Positions 25,954 to 35,319 of a DNA stretch of 64,000 bases are shown here, in pieces (the first letter of the stretch is position 1; each line of letters opens with the position of its first letter). The position numbers and the translations under genes are program-made. Where the stretch lies: contig OZ374563.1 in NCBI GenBank assembly GCA_977862235.1, forward strand, positions 558,001 to 622,000, in the 5' to 3' direction. The DNA is from Dudresnaya verticillata. Lineage: Eukaryota. The notes beneath the pieces are model-generated. The model saw only the letters and a list, made by a program, of their open reading frames with translations, was not told the origin of the DNA and searched no databases.

Positions 25954-26497
25954 GCGTGGGGCGTCTTTCAAGAGGTAAAGCCTCATTTCTGCCGATAGGA
26001 CACGTTCATTCTGATATTGATCAGACTTTCAGTTGTACCTCAAGGAGGTTGGAGACAAGAGATGCCATCACTATTGATGACATGGTAGAGGAGCTGAGCA
26101 AATCCTAACAGCCGGAGCCGCACGTTGCAAGAATACTGCACATTCAAAACTTCTCAGGTCTTTGTCAGGATTCTAAGTGTGTGGGGAAGTTTGAAACCTT
26201 TTCACATTACAGGTTCTTCCGGTTCTTTAGGGTGGCAGGAGAGCCGGAAGGAGTTAATGCTCGTTTCAAGAGGGGGTGCCAGGCTCATATACAGTGCGAC
26301 GGTGAATGGAAACCCCTACTCACATACAGTGCGCAGAAGGGTTTCATTTTGTTCCCCCTGAGTTGTCCAAAACCCCTCCAACTCGGGCCCGTGCTCCCCC
26401 GGATTTGAAAGAAGTCGCGGACCGCATTCGTTCTGAAGAAGCGCGGATAAAGGACATAAAAATGATTGAAGAGCTTCGATGCGCAGCTCCACCCTAG
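25954..26497 (+). pseudogene. Fragment of a GHxHxDIDQ-motif (DUF7869-type, Sola-like) putative transposase
   Basis: AWGVFQEV/SFLPIGHVHSDIDQTFSCTSRRL, then stops and frameshifts. Family name recalled from memory, not searched. Confidence 0.65.
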
Positions 26498-26499
26498 CC

Positions 26500-27666
26500 A
26501 GGCTTCATCGTATCAATGCGTTGCGGTCCACGACATATCCTTGTTCATCTAGGGTCTGCCGTCAACCATAAAATGATGATCGCGACAGCTCCTGAAGCTT
26601 GGAGATAGCGTTAGACTCAATACTCCGAAGCAATTTAGGTTGGGCTCATAATGCAGCACTCCATATAATGTCCCTATCCATGTCATGCCTGTCACTCCAA
26701 TCCAAGTAGCACGAGTGCGGTCTTTGAGGTCGGATATCCACCGGGAGGGTACCGCAGTCCATAAATATTTGGAGACCATCTTGATCCTCGTACGAATCGA
26801 AGACTGATTCTGCGTCATAATACGCAGAATTCTTTGCTTCGTACAAATGGTACTCCCTGAAACGATTCTGTTGGGTACGAGCCGTAGGCATCTTGGACAC
26901 CGTTTTTTACTTTCGGTTCGTCCCTCTTCCATCCTTTTTTCGCCCGGTGGGTCCTCGTGCAGCTCGTTTCGTCTCGATGCCATTGGCATCCGATGACCCG
27001 TTTTGCTGTTTACGGGACTTTCAAGCGATGTAGAGAGCATCGGTGCCCCAATTCGAATCGTCCATAAGATTGATGATTTCAGGCGCGGGAGCAGCTCGAA
27101 CCTGTTTAGGTTTGACCTCAACCCGATTGGATTCAGGTTGACCAACCGTCTGCCCTACTGTACCGGCACCCGTATCGGTTGCCGACGGGGGACCCACGGG
27201 AGCTGCGTTTTCGAAAGGAAAGGCGTCCGGAAGACCGGGAAGCTCTGAACCCTCACGAACTTCGATGAACTCCTTGATCCTTCCGACTTGTGCCTCTTCA
27301 TTACGTTGAATCTCCCCGCGGTCATTTCCAACCTGCCTTATCTCCATCAATGCGAGTTCTGCACCTGTAAGGCAGGGATGCTCGACGACGGCGAAGAATT
27401 CGCCTCATGGTCCGGGTACCCCTTTTGTTGGCCATACGATCGGGGGCAAGAGGGGCTGGAGACATGAAATCTTTCGCTCCACTTTCAGATTCCGAAAAAA
27501 TCCAGATCCGATCTCCTGAAAAGATCGTTGCTCAACGAGCCATTGAGGAAGGGGTTGTACTTCGTCCTGTTCTTCAACGTACGGTTCCGTTAATCGGGCT
27601 ACTACCAATATCCGTGCATCGAAAACTCGGCTCTGAAGGCGCCGCCAAAGAACGTTCAGGTCGAGG
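26500..27666 (-). pseudogene. Third ORF-X homologue (N-terminal part), cut by the YR retrotransposon
   Basis: REYHLYEAKNSAYYDAESVFDSYEDQDGLQIFMD aligns ungapped (10/34 identical) with RYLNLYEQDQQSANDAWSLMTAERPWYGLPNTMQ in ORF 3949-4278; low-complexity region upstream. Confidence 0.55.
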
Positions 27667-27670
27667 TGTC

Positions 27671-28018
27671 TTTTCAGAGGGTGTCCTAATCGCTTTACAC
27701 TTCTGAAAAGACATGCCAGGGGTAGCGAGCATAGGCCGAGCGTCCCACAACTCACACCCTTTTTGGGTACGCTGTTTGAATTGCAGCTCCAAATCGGGAC
27801 TGTTAGTTGCACCCCAGCTTCTGGATGATGCTAGGTCGAGCAGTTTGTGGGTGGTTTGATACACAGCTTCTGGATGATGCTAGGTCGCGCAATTTTGTGG
27901 GTGGCTTCTTCACACAAGCAGCGATCCCATGACCGAGTTTTAACTCGGCCAAGCTGTATATAAGACTCACCCTACAGTAGCTCACTGTCCTACTCGGCAA
28001 GTTCTTTCCTTCGTTCTC
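27671..28018 (+). repeat. Left 348-bp direct repeat of the YR element
   Basis: Matches 31748-32095 with two substitutions seen; contains an internal ~40-bp tandem duplication (27815-27854 / 27864-27904). Confidence 0.95.
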
Positions 28019-28169
28019 AAGCCGGTTGAGAACAAAGGATTTCCGTCACTCCGACAGGCGAACCACTCAAACTCATGACTGACCCACCCCTCCCTTTTTA
28101 TCTATCTCAATCTCTCCCGCCATTCCCAGCGATTATGCTGAACTTGTCAATCATCAGCTTGCTTCTGGC

Positions 28170-28667
28170 ATGGTCGGCCATAGGGCCCTGTGGCCTCGCT
28201 CCAGTCTCGTTCTTCCTAACGAGGTGGGCTTCTTCAGGCCCGAGACTACCCTCTACCTGAAGACCCACCGCAAGGAACGCCGTAATGCCAAAGCGCTGGA
28301 GTATATTCACTCCGCTGGGTGCTGGATCGAGCAGTCTCTGGCTGCTCTCTCGCTCCTCGGGGCGGAATCTGATGTCGACAAGCAGTCCCGGCTTCTGGGG
28401 CTCATCGAAGAAGGTCTTGGTGGCGCTAAAGAAGTTCTCTCTATGCGTACAGCCCATTTCCAAACCGTTCTTTCGAAAGGACAGGCTCAAGCCAATCAAA
28501 TCGCTGAGCTTGTCGAGACCCGTGTCGAAGTCAAGCGCCACCAGGTTCCCTCGGAAGCCTACGCAGACGTCTATCAGGAACTGTCTGCGAAATATGTCAT
28601 CGAGACAGCCAAGAGTCTGGCTAAGGATGCTACCAGCGGTGGCAAGAAGCCAGACCACAAGGGATAA
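28170..28667 (+). CDS. gag-like ORF1 of the YR element
   Basis: Helical 165-aa ORF in the gag position; its TAA overlaps the pol ATG (TAATG). True start may be upstream (ATG 28075 plus a frameshift). Confidence 0.65.
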   Translation: MVGHRALWPRSSLVLPNEVGFFRPETTLYLKTHRKERRNAKALEYIHSAGCWIEQSLAALSLLGAESDVDKQSRLLGLIEEGLGGAKEVLSMRTAHFQTVLSKGQAQANQIAELVETRVEVKRHQVPSEAYADVYQELSAKYVIETAKSLAKDATSGGKKPDHKG

Positions 28668-30706
28668 TGTCACCCGGACAGGACCCAGTGCAGGCCTCCT
28701 GGCACCAAGCGCGGTGGGCCGGCACGAGGCAAAGAGCGCAGAACTGGGAGCAGATCAGCGCGTCCGCCTTTGTCATCCGCATTCTTATGTTTGGAGTGTG
28801 GGACCCTCCTCAACGCCCGTTCACCCTAGGACGGGAGCTTCCCGAGATCCCTCAGAGCCCAGAAGATCTCTCTTTTGGCCGGAAGGAGCTGTCGGAGGGG
28901 TGCACTATCGGCACTTACCAGCAGGTGAGTGCGACCTTTGCACATCAACAACTCAGCAATGGAGCTCTCATTTCAAGCGCATTTGTCACTTGGCAGAAAG
29001 GTAAACCCCGCTTCATCATCAACCTAAAAGAGCAAAGCACCCATTGGGACAAAAAATCCGTACGTATGGATACACTGTCCAGCTTTGGGGCCTGCCTTTT
29101 CCCTGGCTATTTCCTTTTATCATTCGACTGGTCATCTGGGTATCGTCACTTCGCTCTTCATCGGAAGATGTGGAATTGGTTTCTTTTCAGGTACGATGGA
29201 CAGTATTATCGATGTATCGCGTTGCCATTTGGTTGGACAGCCTCTCCGTTCTGGTTTACAAAAATGCTAAGCCCTTTGACTCGGTTTATGCGGAGCGAGC
29301 TGTGCCTTCGTGTCCTAGTCTGGCTCGACGACTACCTAATCGCCCCTGGAGATGGCAGCAGACCGAGCACTCCAGAAGATTGCTGCATCACCTCTGTTCA
29401 TTTGGACCAGCTGTTCACGATGCTGGGGTTAGTTCGGCATCCCAGCAAGGGCATTTGGGGTCACGGCGCGACGAGAATCGAACATCTAGGGCTGGTTATC
29501 GACACTGTCGCATTTCGATACTTCGTATCTCCCTCGAAGCTTCAGCAGCTCCAAGAGATGTCCTCAGCTTTGCTCCGAACCGCAAGGCAGAGGAGTCGCT
29601 GGGTCCGCGAAACTGTACTTGCCAGTTTTTGTGGCCGTGCTGTCTCGCAGCTCATACCGCTCCCGCTGGCGCGCTTCTTTACTCGGAGCTTGTACGATGC
29701 TCTGAAGGATGTGGCGCCCAGGCGCGGCCGCTATCCGGAACGCACAGTGAAGCTGAGCCACACCGCGGTTCAGGATCTGCAATCCTGGTCTACGATGCTG
29801 GCTGGAGATGGACGGTTAATTGGTGGCGGAAAACCTTCATGGTGCCTGCATACCGATGCAGCCGGTGTAGGGTACGGTGCTACATTGGGCTCAGATATGC
29901 AGGCCGGATCCCCGGGAGACATAGAGGTACAAGGAATTTGGTCTCCCTTTCTTCGGTTGAAGTCCATTACGCTCCGGGAACTTGTTGCTGTCCGAATGGC
30001 TTTGGAGGATTCGATGATGCAGTCTCAAATTACCGGAGATCATTCCATATTGCTCTTACAAGTGGACAATATGGCAGTCTTCCACATCATCTCCAACATG
30101 GTGTCAGCGAAGGCAGAACTCATGGCAGAACTCCGTCGGCTACACCTCCTCCTCTTCAGGATGAAGGTAACCATTCGCGCGGAGTGGCTTCCGTCGGCCC
30201 TCAACAAATACGCGGACAGCCTGAGTCGGACTTGGAACCCGCGAGACCTCGCAGCGACGCCATTATTGCTGCAGTCCGTAGCAGCCTCGCTCCAATTACA
30301 AATCGTGCGGCGTTACTGGCCCCTCGGGGAAGCACCATCCGCACGCCGCAAGGTTATGATGGCCCAGTTCGCCGAGCACTGGGGAGACGGGAAGAGTCGT
30401 TTATGGAACCCTCCTCCGCCGTGGATTCCGTCCACGCTCCTCAAGATCAGAGAGGAAGGAGCGCACGGCATCTTAGTCGTCCCCTACTGGACCGGAGCGC
30501 CTTGGTTCGCACTATTGCAACAGATCTCGCTCAACAGTCGCGTCATCAGTCCCGGCCCGGGCCGTCCTCTATTCACAACAGAACGAGCCAACCCCGCCTG
30601 GGCGTTGTTATTGGCCGAAGTAGGGAAACCGCCGGTCAGGCCCTCCAACGCAGAATCGCGTCTCTCGTCCCTTCAACTGCTGCCGGACGAGCTACAGTAC
30701 GTCTAG
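28667..30706 (+). CDS. DIRS-type reverse transcriptase / RNase H with C-terminal methyltransferase-like domain
   Basis: SFDWSSGY, LPFGWTASP, WLDD; RNase H HTDAAGVGYGA, LRELVAV, VDN, NKYADSLSR; WNPPP...LVVPYWTGAPWF. Confidence 0.93.
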   Translation: MSPGQDPVQASWHQARWAGTRQRAQNWEQISASAFVIRILMFGVWDPPQRPFTLGRELPEIPQSPEDLSFGRKELSEGCTIGTYQQVSATFAHQQLSNGALISSAFVTWQKGKPRFIINLKEQSTHWDKKSVRMDTLSSFGACLFPGYFLLSFDWSSGYRHFALHRKMWNWFLFRYDGQYYRCIALPFGWTASPFWFTKMLSPLTRFMRSELCLRVLVWLDDYLIAPGDGSRPSTPEDCCITSVHLDQLFTMLGLVRHPSKGIWGHGATRIEHLGLVIDTVAFRYFVSPSKLQQLQEMSSALLRTARQRSRWVRETVLASFCGRAVSQLIPLPLARFFTRSLYDALKDVAPRRGRYPERTVKLSHTAVQDLQSWSTMLAGDGRLIGGGKPSWCLHTDAAGVGYGATLGSDMQAGSPGDIEVQGIWSPFLRLKSITLRELVAVRMALEDSMMQSQITGDHSILLLQVDNMAVFHIISNMVSAKAELMAELRRLHLLLFRMKVTIRAEWLPSALNKYADSLSRTWNPRDLAATPLLLQSVAASLQLQIVRRYWPLGEAPSARRKVMMAQFAEHWGDGKSRLWNPPPPWIPSTLLKIREEGAHGILVVPYWTGAPWFALLQQISLNSRVISPGPGRPLFTTERANPAWALLLAEVGKPPVRPSNAESRLSSLQLLPDELQYV

Positions 30707-31707
30707 CAGGGCGCTGCATTGCGCCGTCCACTGACCGTACCAAAACAACTCAGTGGAGGAAGTTTGAGGGCTTTTGCAATCGGAATGGGCATTCTTCCCT
30801 ACCAGCAGGCGTTGGTACCGTTCTATCCTATGTCGGCTTCTTATTTGAAGAAAATCGCATTCATGGAAAGTCAGTGGACCACTACCTTTCCGCAATCCGG
30901 ACGAGGCATTTGCGAGAAGGTTTGCCAGACCCTCTGGTAGGCAATCCTCATGCCGACCTTCTTCGTGCTTTTCGTCATCAAGACGACAATCGAGGGGCAC
31001 TTGTAGACGTTCGAGCTGCTCTACCGGCTGCAATTGTCTTCAGGATCAGGCGTCGCGGCCTTCAAGCTCGTCCAGGTTCGCTTACGGGGCATCATTGTGC
31101 TCTCGTGGAATTTCAATATTTGATGTCATGGCGGGGAAATTCTGTTCGAACTGTACAGGTCCAAGATATCAGCGTGGTTCGCGCTCCAGCTTCAGACACT
31201 TCACCCACTGTGCTCAACCACATTACCATCACTGCACGACCCCGTTCTCTGAAAGGCAGATTGCTCCGAGGCGTTGGGGCCTGCGCCGTCACCTGCCGTC
31301 ACAGTCCCGTTGGTTTTGCCAATCGAAACCCGCTCGCGCTACAGCTTCGCTTCTATGCTGGACGCTCCGCAGTTGCCCAAACCGACGACCTCTACTGGGC
31401 CCGTCAGGGCGTCGATCTTCGTCCACAAATCGTCAGTGATTCTCTTGCAGCGTGTCTCACAGATCTGCAAATAATTCCGCCGCCGTTCGCCAGATACACC
31501 TCCCACAGCCTCCGAAGCGGCAGTGTTACAGCACAAGTCCTCCTCAACGTTCCCATGCCCGTCATCACAAACCGGGGCGGCTGGCGTAGCAGCAATATGG
31601 TCGTGAACGTCTACTTTGACTCAAGGCTTCGCCTGTCTCCGGAAATAAATCTTTATTTCTGGTCGCTGAAAGACTCTTCTCGTCCTCCGCTCCCGCCCCC
31701 TCAGTAA
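29044..31707 (+). CDS. Tyrosine recombinase (catalytic domain in the last ~350 aa; frame open across most of pol)
   Basis: Catalytic set in order: R (MSWRGNS), K (SLKGR), HSLR, GGW, Y (NVYFD); upstream core-binding region STxxT...QWRKFEGFC. Start codon uncertain. Confidence 0.9.
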   Translation: MGQKIRTYGYTVQLWGLPFPWLFPFIIRLVIWVSSLRSSSEDVELVSFQVRWTVLSMYRVAIWLDSLSVLVYKNAKPFDSVYAERAVPSCPSLARRLPNRPWRWQQTEHSRRLLHHLCSFGPAVHDAGVSSASQQGHLGSRRDENRTSRAGYRHCRISILRISLEASAAPRDVLSFAPNRKAEESLGPRNCTCQFLWPCCLAAHTAPAGALLYSELVRCSEGCGAQARPLSGTHSEAEPHRGSGSAILVYDAGWRWTVNWWRKTFMVPAYRCSRCRVRCYIGLRYAGRIPGRHRGTRNLVSLSSVEVHYAPGTCCCPNGFGGFDDAVSNYRRSFHIALTSGQYGSLPHHLQHGVSEGRTHGRTPSATPPPLQDEGNHSRGVASVGPQQIRGQPESDLEPARPRSDAIIAAVRSSLAPITNRAALLAPRGSTIRTPQGYDGPVRRALGRREESFMEPSSAVDSVHAPQDQRGRSARHLSRPLLDRSALVRTIATDLAQQSRHQSRPGPSSIHNRTSQPRLGVVIGRSRETAGQALQRRIASLVPSTAAGRATVRLAGRCIAPSTDRTKTTQWRKFEGFCNRNGHSSLPAGVGTVLSYVGFLFEENRIHGKSVDHYLSAIRTRHLREGLPDPLVGNPHADLLRAFRHQDDNRGALVDVRAALPAAIVFRIRRRGLQARPGSLTGHHCALVEFQYLMSWRGNSVRTVQVQDISVVRAPASDTSPTVLNHITITARPRSLKGRLLRGVGACAVTCRHSPVGFANRNPLALQLRFYAGRSAVAQTDDLYWARQGVDLRPQIVSDSLAACLTDLQIIPPPFARYTSHSLRSGSVTAQVLLNVPMPVITNRGGWRSSNMVVNVYFDSRLRLSPEINLYFWSLKDSSRPPLPPPQ

Positions 31708-31747
31708 GCTCCACAAGTTCAACAAGCTTCCCTGTTTCGGTACCGGA

Positions 31748-32095
31748 TTTTCAGAGGGTGTCCTAATCGCTTTACACTTCTGAAAAGACATGCCAGGGGT
31801 AGCGAGCATAGGCCGAGCGTCCCACAACTCACACCCTTTTTGGGTACGCTGTTTGAATTGCAGCTCCAAATCGGGACTGTTAGTTGCACCCCAGCTTCTG
31901 GATGATGCTAGGTCGAGCAGTTTGTGGGTGGTTTAATACACAGCTTCTGGACGATGCTAGGTCGCGCAATTTTGTGGGTGGCTTCTTCACACAAGCAGCG
32001 ATCCCATGACCGAGTTTTAACTCGGCCAAGCTGTATATAAGACTCACCCTACAGTAGCTCACTGTCCTACTCGGCAAGTTCTTTCCTTCGTTCTC
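31748..32095 (+). repeat. Right 348-bp direct repeat of the YR element
   Basis: Copy of 27671-28018. Confidence 0.95.
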
Positions 32096-32257
32096 CCACC
32101 CTCCCGCCCTGCTCTTTCTCTTCAAATTCTTTCCTTCGTTACACCATTCTACTTGGCATTAACGCCTCCAATCTCTGCAATTGTTCTAGCATTTACGCCT
32201 TCCTTGGTTAGTCATGGTTACTGATGATTACTACTTCTCCAATAAAGTAATCATTTC

Positions 32258-32504
32258 CTTTTCATGGAAATAGAACAGCGCAGAAGGCAGCAGGTGTTTC
32301 AAGGCGCATGTCTCAATCTGTGACGAGAATGAATCTGACTCAAAATAGTGATGCCTCAGTAATTAATTCTAATTGTGCGGTATCATAAATTTTAACGCAT
32401 TCCAAAATCACAATGCAATTTCTGGCGCATCACATTTCTTTGTTCCAAATGCATTATATTGCGATTTATTCTAATTTGGTCGAGTCGAAATCGCCTTGGT
32501 AGTG
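32258..32504 (+). mobile_element. Right end of a second CACTA-family element
   Basis: Homologous to ~11627-11892 (AATGAATCTGACTCAAAA...GCAATTTCTGGCGCAT...GCGATTTATTCTAAT); ends GAAATCGCCTTGGTAGTG. Confidence 0.85.
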
Positions 32505-34250
32505 CTCGTCCTCGGGGGCGACCCCGGTTTGACGCGGTTCCCCGGGGTCTCTAGAATCGCGTTAAAGTCCGCGCGTATGGTGCGGAGGTCATCCACGATG
32601 GGTGACCGGCCCGTACCGGCGGGACCCGTCGAACACGCGGTAATAATGGACCTTGACAATCAACTCGTCGTAATCGACTTACAGGAGTGTCACGGTTTCT
32701 GCCGCATCGCGGATAGAGGCATTGAGGGACTCGTGCAGCGCCGTGATTTGGCGGGAACGTCTTGACGCAAGGTTCTGATCCTCGTTAATGAAAACGGTGC
32801 GGATCGCCGCTGGAGGTAAGGTGGCCCCAGACTGGACAAAGCCTTCAGTAGGGGCCGTGGTAGGAACGGTGGTAGTCGCCGGGTGTGGTGTAGGGTCCGA
32901 AGGCATCTCTTCGTACGGCGGCTCGCCCGACGGAGTGTTCTCCGGAACTATCGTGTCGGGAACGAGGCACTATCCTCGGGAGATGCGTCAGATGGACCAA
33001 CACCGCTCGGTCCGCCGGTGTAGAATTCGGCGGCGGAATGTGAACCGGCACGCGCAGAAGTCTGTGGAGGGCGAGCGTCGGAGGCGCTCTCCGTCGGCGG
33101 CGGTGGAAATGGAGGAGGCGGTTCCACCACGGCTGCATCCGAGAAGCGTGTAACCGTCGAATTGCCGCTCAAGATGTCGCCAATTGCGGGACTACCCGGC
33201 GTACCTCCTGAGTGCGTGATGGGGACCGTTATGGTCCCCGGAGTTGACGAGGTCTTCCTCGATTTTGATGGCCCCATTCTGAGAGAAGTGGACTCCCACG
33301 AACAATGATTCCGTAACTTGGTGGAAATACCGGAGACTTATCCGTGTGGCCTTGACAAAACCCAGAACGAGGTAAACCTCTCGGTGGATGCGAAGTGATC
33401 TTCTAGGTTAGGAGACCACGTTGTGGGGCAACACCCAGTAATAGGGGCTGCCCTAACCGGCGTTTGGAGACGTTTCCCGCGTATGGTAGCAGGCAGCGAC
33501 GGTGAAGCCGTGCCACATGTGGTAGAGCGAGGTAGGCCTCGGTAGCGCAAGGCGGGAATAGTGTGACTGTAAAACCATGATACGTGTCGTAGTGAGCGAG
33601 AGTCACGTAAAGCAACGAAGGCGGTTACGCCGGCGAACGATGCTGCAGACAGGCAGCGGAAGACGGTACGTAGGCCCGAGTCGCACGAGGTGCCGTGACA
33701 GAGTGCGAAGGCGGGGGTATCCTCGCGTTCCTAAGCCAGCTTGGCGCTTTACAGTAAGAAGAGATCACTCCGTTGACTAACTACCCTCGCGGGAGATGCG
33801 CGAACGTGCCAGGCGCTGTGCGCCTGACACCTGGAATACGCGCGCACCGAGAGCTCTCTATAATATGGCGAAAAATATCTAGCGTAGAAAAACTAGTACC
33901 GCATTGTAAATCAGTATAATCTAAGGGAGTGCGTTTTCTGGCGCGCCACCGGTCGAGGAATCCCTTGGATTATGTGGCGCACATGTGCGCATGTACACGT
34001 GGGCGCGTGTGCCTCGTGTTTGCCGGCGGTCCGTGTCGCAGTGGCGCGTGCACCGTGCCACGAGCGCTTTGCCCATTGGGACGCTCTCGAAGGCGGTATA
34101 CGCGTGCTTGCGCTTGTCCATCTCGCCGATACACGGTGTTTGGCCATGCCGCGGTTCACCCGCGTCCATCGAGGAGCATGGACCACCACGCGGGCGTCCG
34201 CGTCACGAAGCGATATAAAACGGGGTGGCCCGCCGGGTCCCTGCACCACA
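32505..34250 (-). mobile_element. Gypsy element D: 5' LTR (33422-34250), PBS and start of gag, interrupted by the CACTA end
   Basis: Minus strand TGTGGTGCAG...TTGCCCCACA, then ACG TGGTCTCCTAACC; Pro/Ser-rich gag N-terminus from ATG 33277, similar in style to 62150 and 45313. Confidence 0.75.
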
Positions 34251-34251
34251 A

Positions 34252-35318
34252 TGTGGTACAACGAATAGTTCACGGTAATGCGGAGAAGTCTGCGACTGTA
34301 AGCGATGGCGGTGGAGCCGAACGGGTGGCCTCGTAGCCGAAGGTAACACGAAGAGAAGGAAAAGGGGGTAGCGTGGTAGAGCGGGGCGACCGACGATGAG
34401 GAGCACGGTGTCAACGAATACGTGTGCGGAAGGGAGAACTGCTAGCTAACGATGACTGGGGATGATTCCGGGTGTGCGGGGCCAATCGAAATCGAAAACG
34501 CGACTCAACCTTATCCGCGAACACGAACTCGAAGGCACCGAACACGGAGAAAAAGGCGTTTAATGAAGACTGCGAGGCCCGGGCGCTAGTCACTTACCGG
34601 AAACCTCGGAGGTCATGCCAGACGACTGCCTAAGTAGTACTACGCGCGTATATGAACACGCGTCAACCCGGGAAACGGTTCACACTCGGCTAATTAGTGA
34701 CGGCCTCGGATCCTGCGGACGGGATGGTAGTCTCGCGTATGGTGGCGGTCACGAGATACGCCAGCGATGCATACGGAGGCGCACCCGCACCGTGGGCCTC
34801 GGAGCCGCTCGCGCAGCAATAAAACGGGAAAACACGGAGCTGTCAGCGATTTCGTATACAGTGGCATACTGTAATGCGAATGACATCGTGGCGCGCGTAA
34901 TCACGCAGTTGATTGAATCAAGGAGTCAGAACGTCCGTGCGCTGGTTGACTGTGTATATATTAAGTATTATGCTTATTTTAAATTCTATAAGGTTCGGCG
35001 GCATTACTTTAATCGCCCTACGTGTACAGCATGCCCTTATGAGTATCTGGGCAAGTTTACAGCGGCAGGGGTGCAGCAGCGCCTTTACAGCGCCTGGCAG
35101 TTGTGTAGAATCGCCCTAGTTGGTCTATATACGAAGGATTCAAAACATTAGCGACATCACTGGACCAAATGGCGGCTTCCTATGGGATCCCATATCTTGC
35201 AAGTTGCACACACGCGATTAAGGTTTACAGGGTTCACTTCGAAATTCGGATTTTTCGATTATTTTCACGTAGACCACGGAGTCGATTTGCGAACAGCGCT
35301 TACAGCACACGCGCCACA
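34252..35318 (-). repeat. Putative gypsy LTR stacked 1 nt upstream of LTR D
   Basis: Minus strand TGTGGCGC...GTACCACA termini; shares the GCTCTACCA U5 motif with the other LTRs. Confidence 0.55.
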
Positions 35319-35319
35319 T

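Larger units (their letters stand above)
27667..32140 (+). mobile_element. DIRS-superfamily tyrosine-recombinase retrotransposon, apparently intact
   Basis: gag-like, RT/RNase H/MT-like and YR ORFs between two 348-bp direct repeats. Exact outer ends uncertain by a few tens of bp. Confidence 0.92.

Noticed and set aside
27671..28018. Hammerhead ribozyme or canonical LTR in the YR direct repeats
   Set aside because: No CTGANGA...GAAA core seen, and no TG...CA ends, PBS or PPT.
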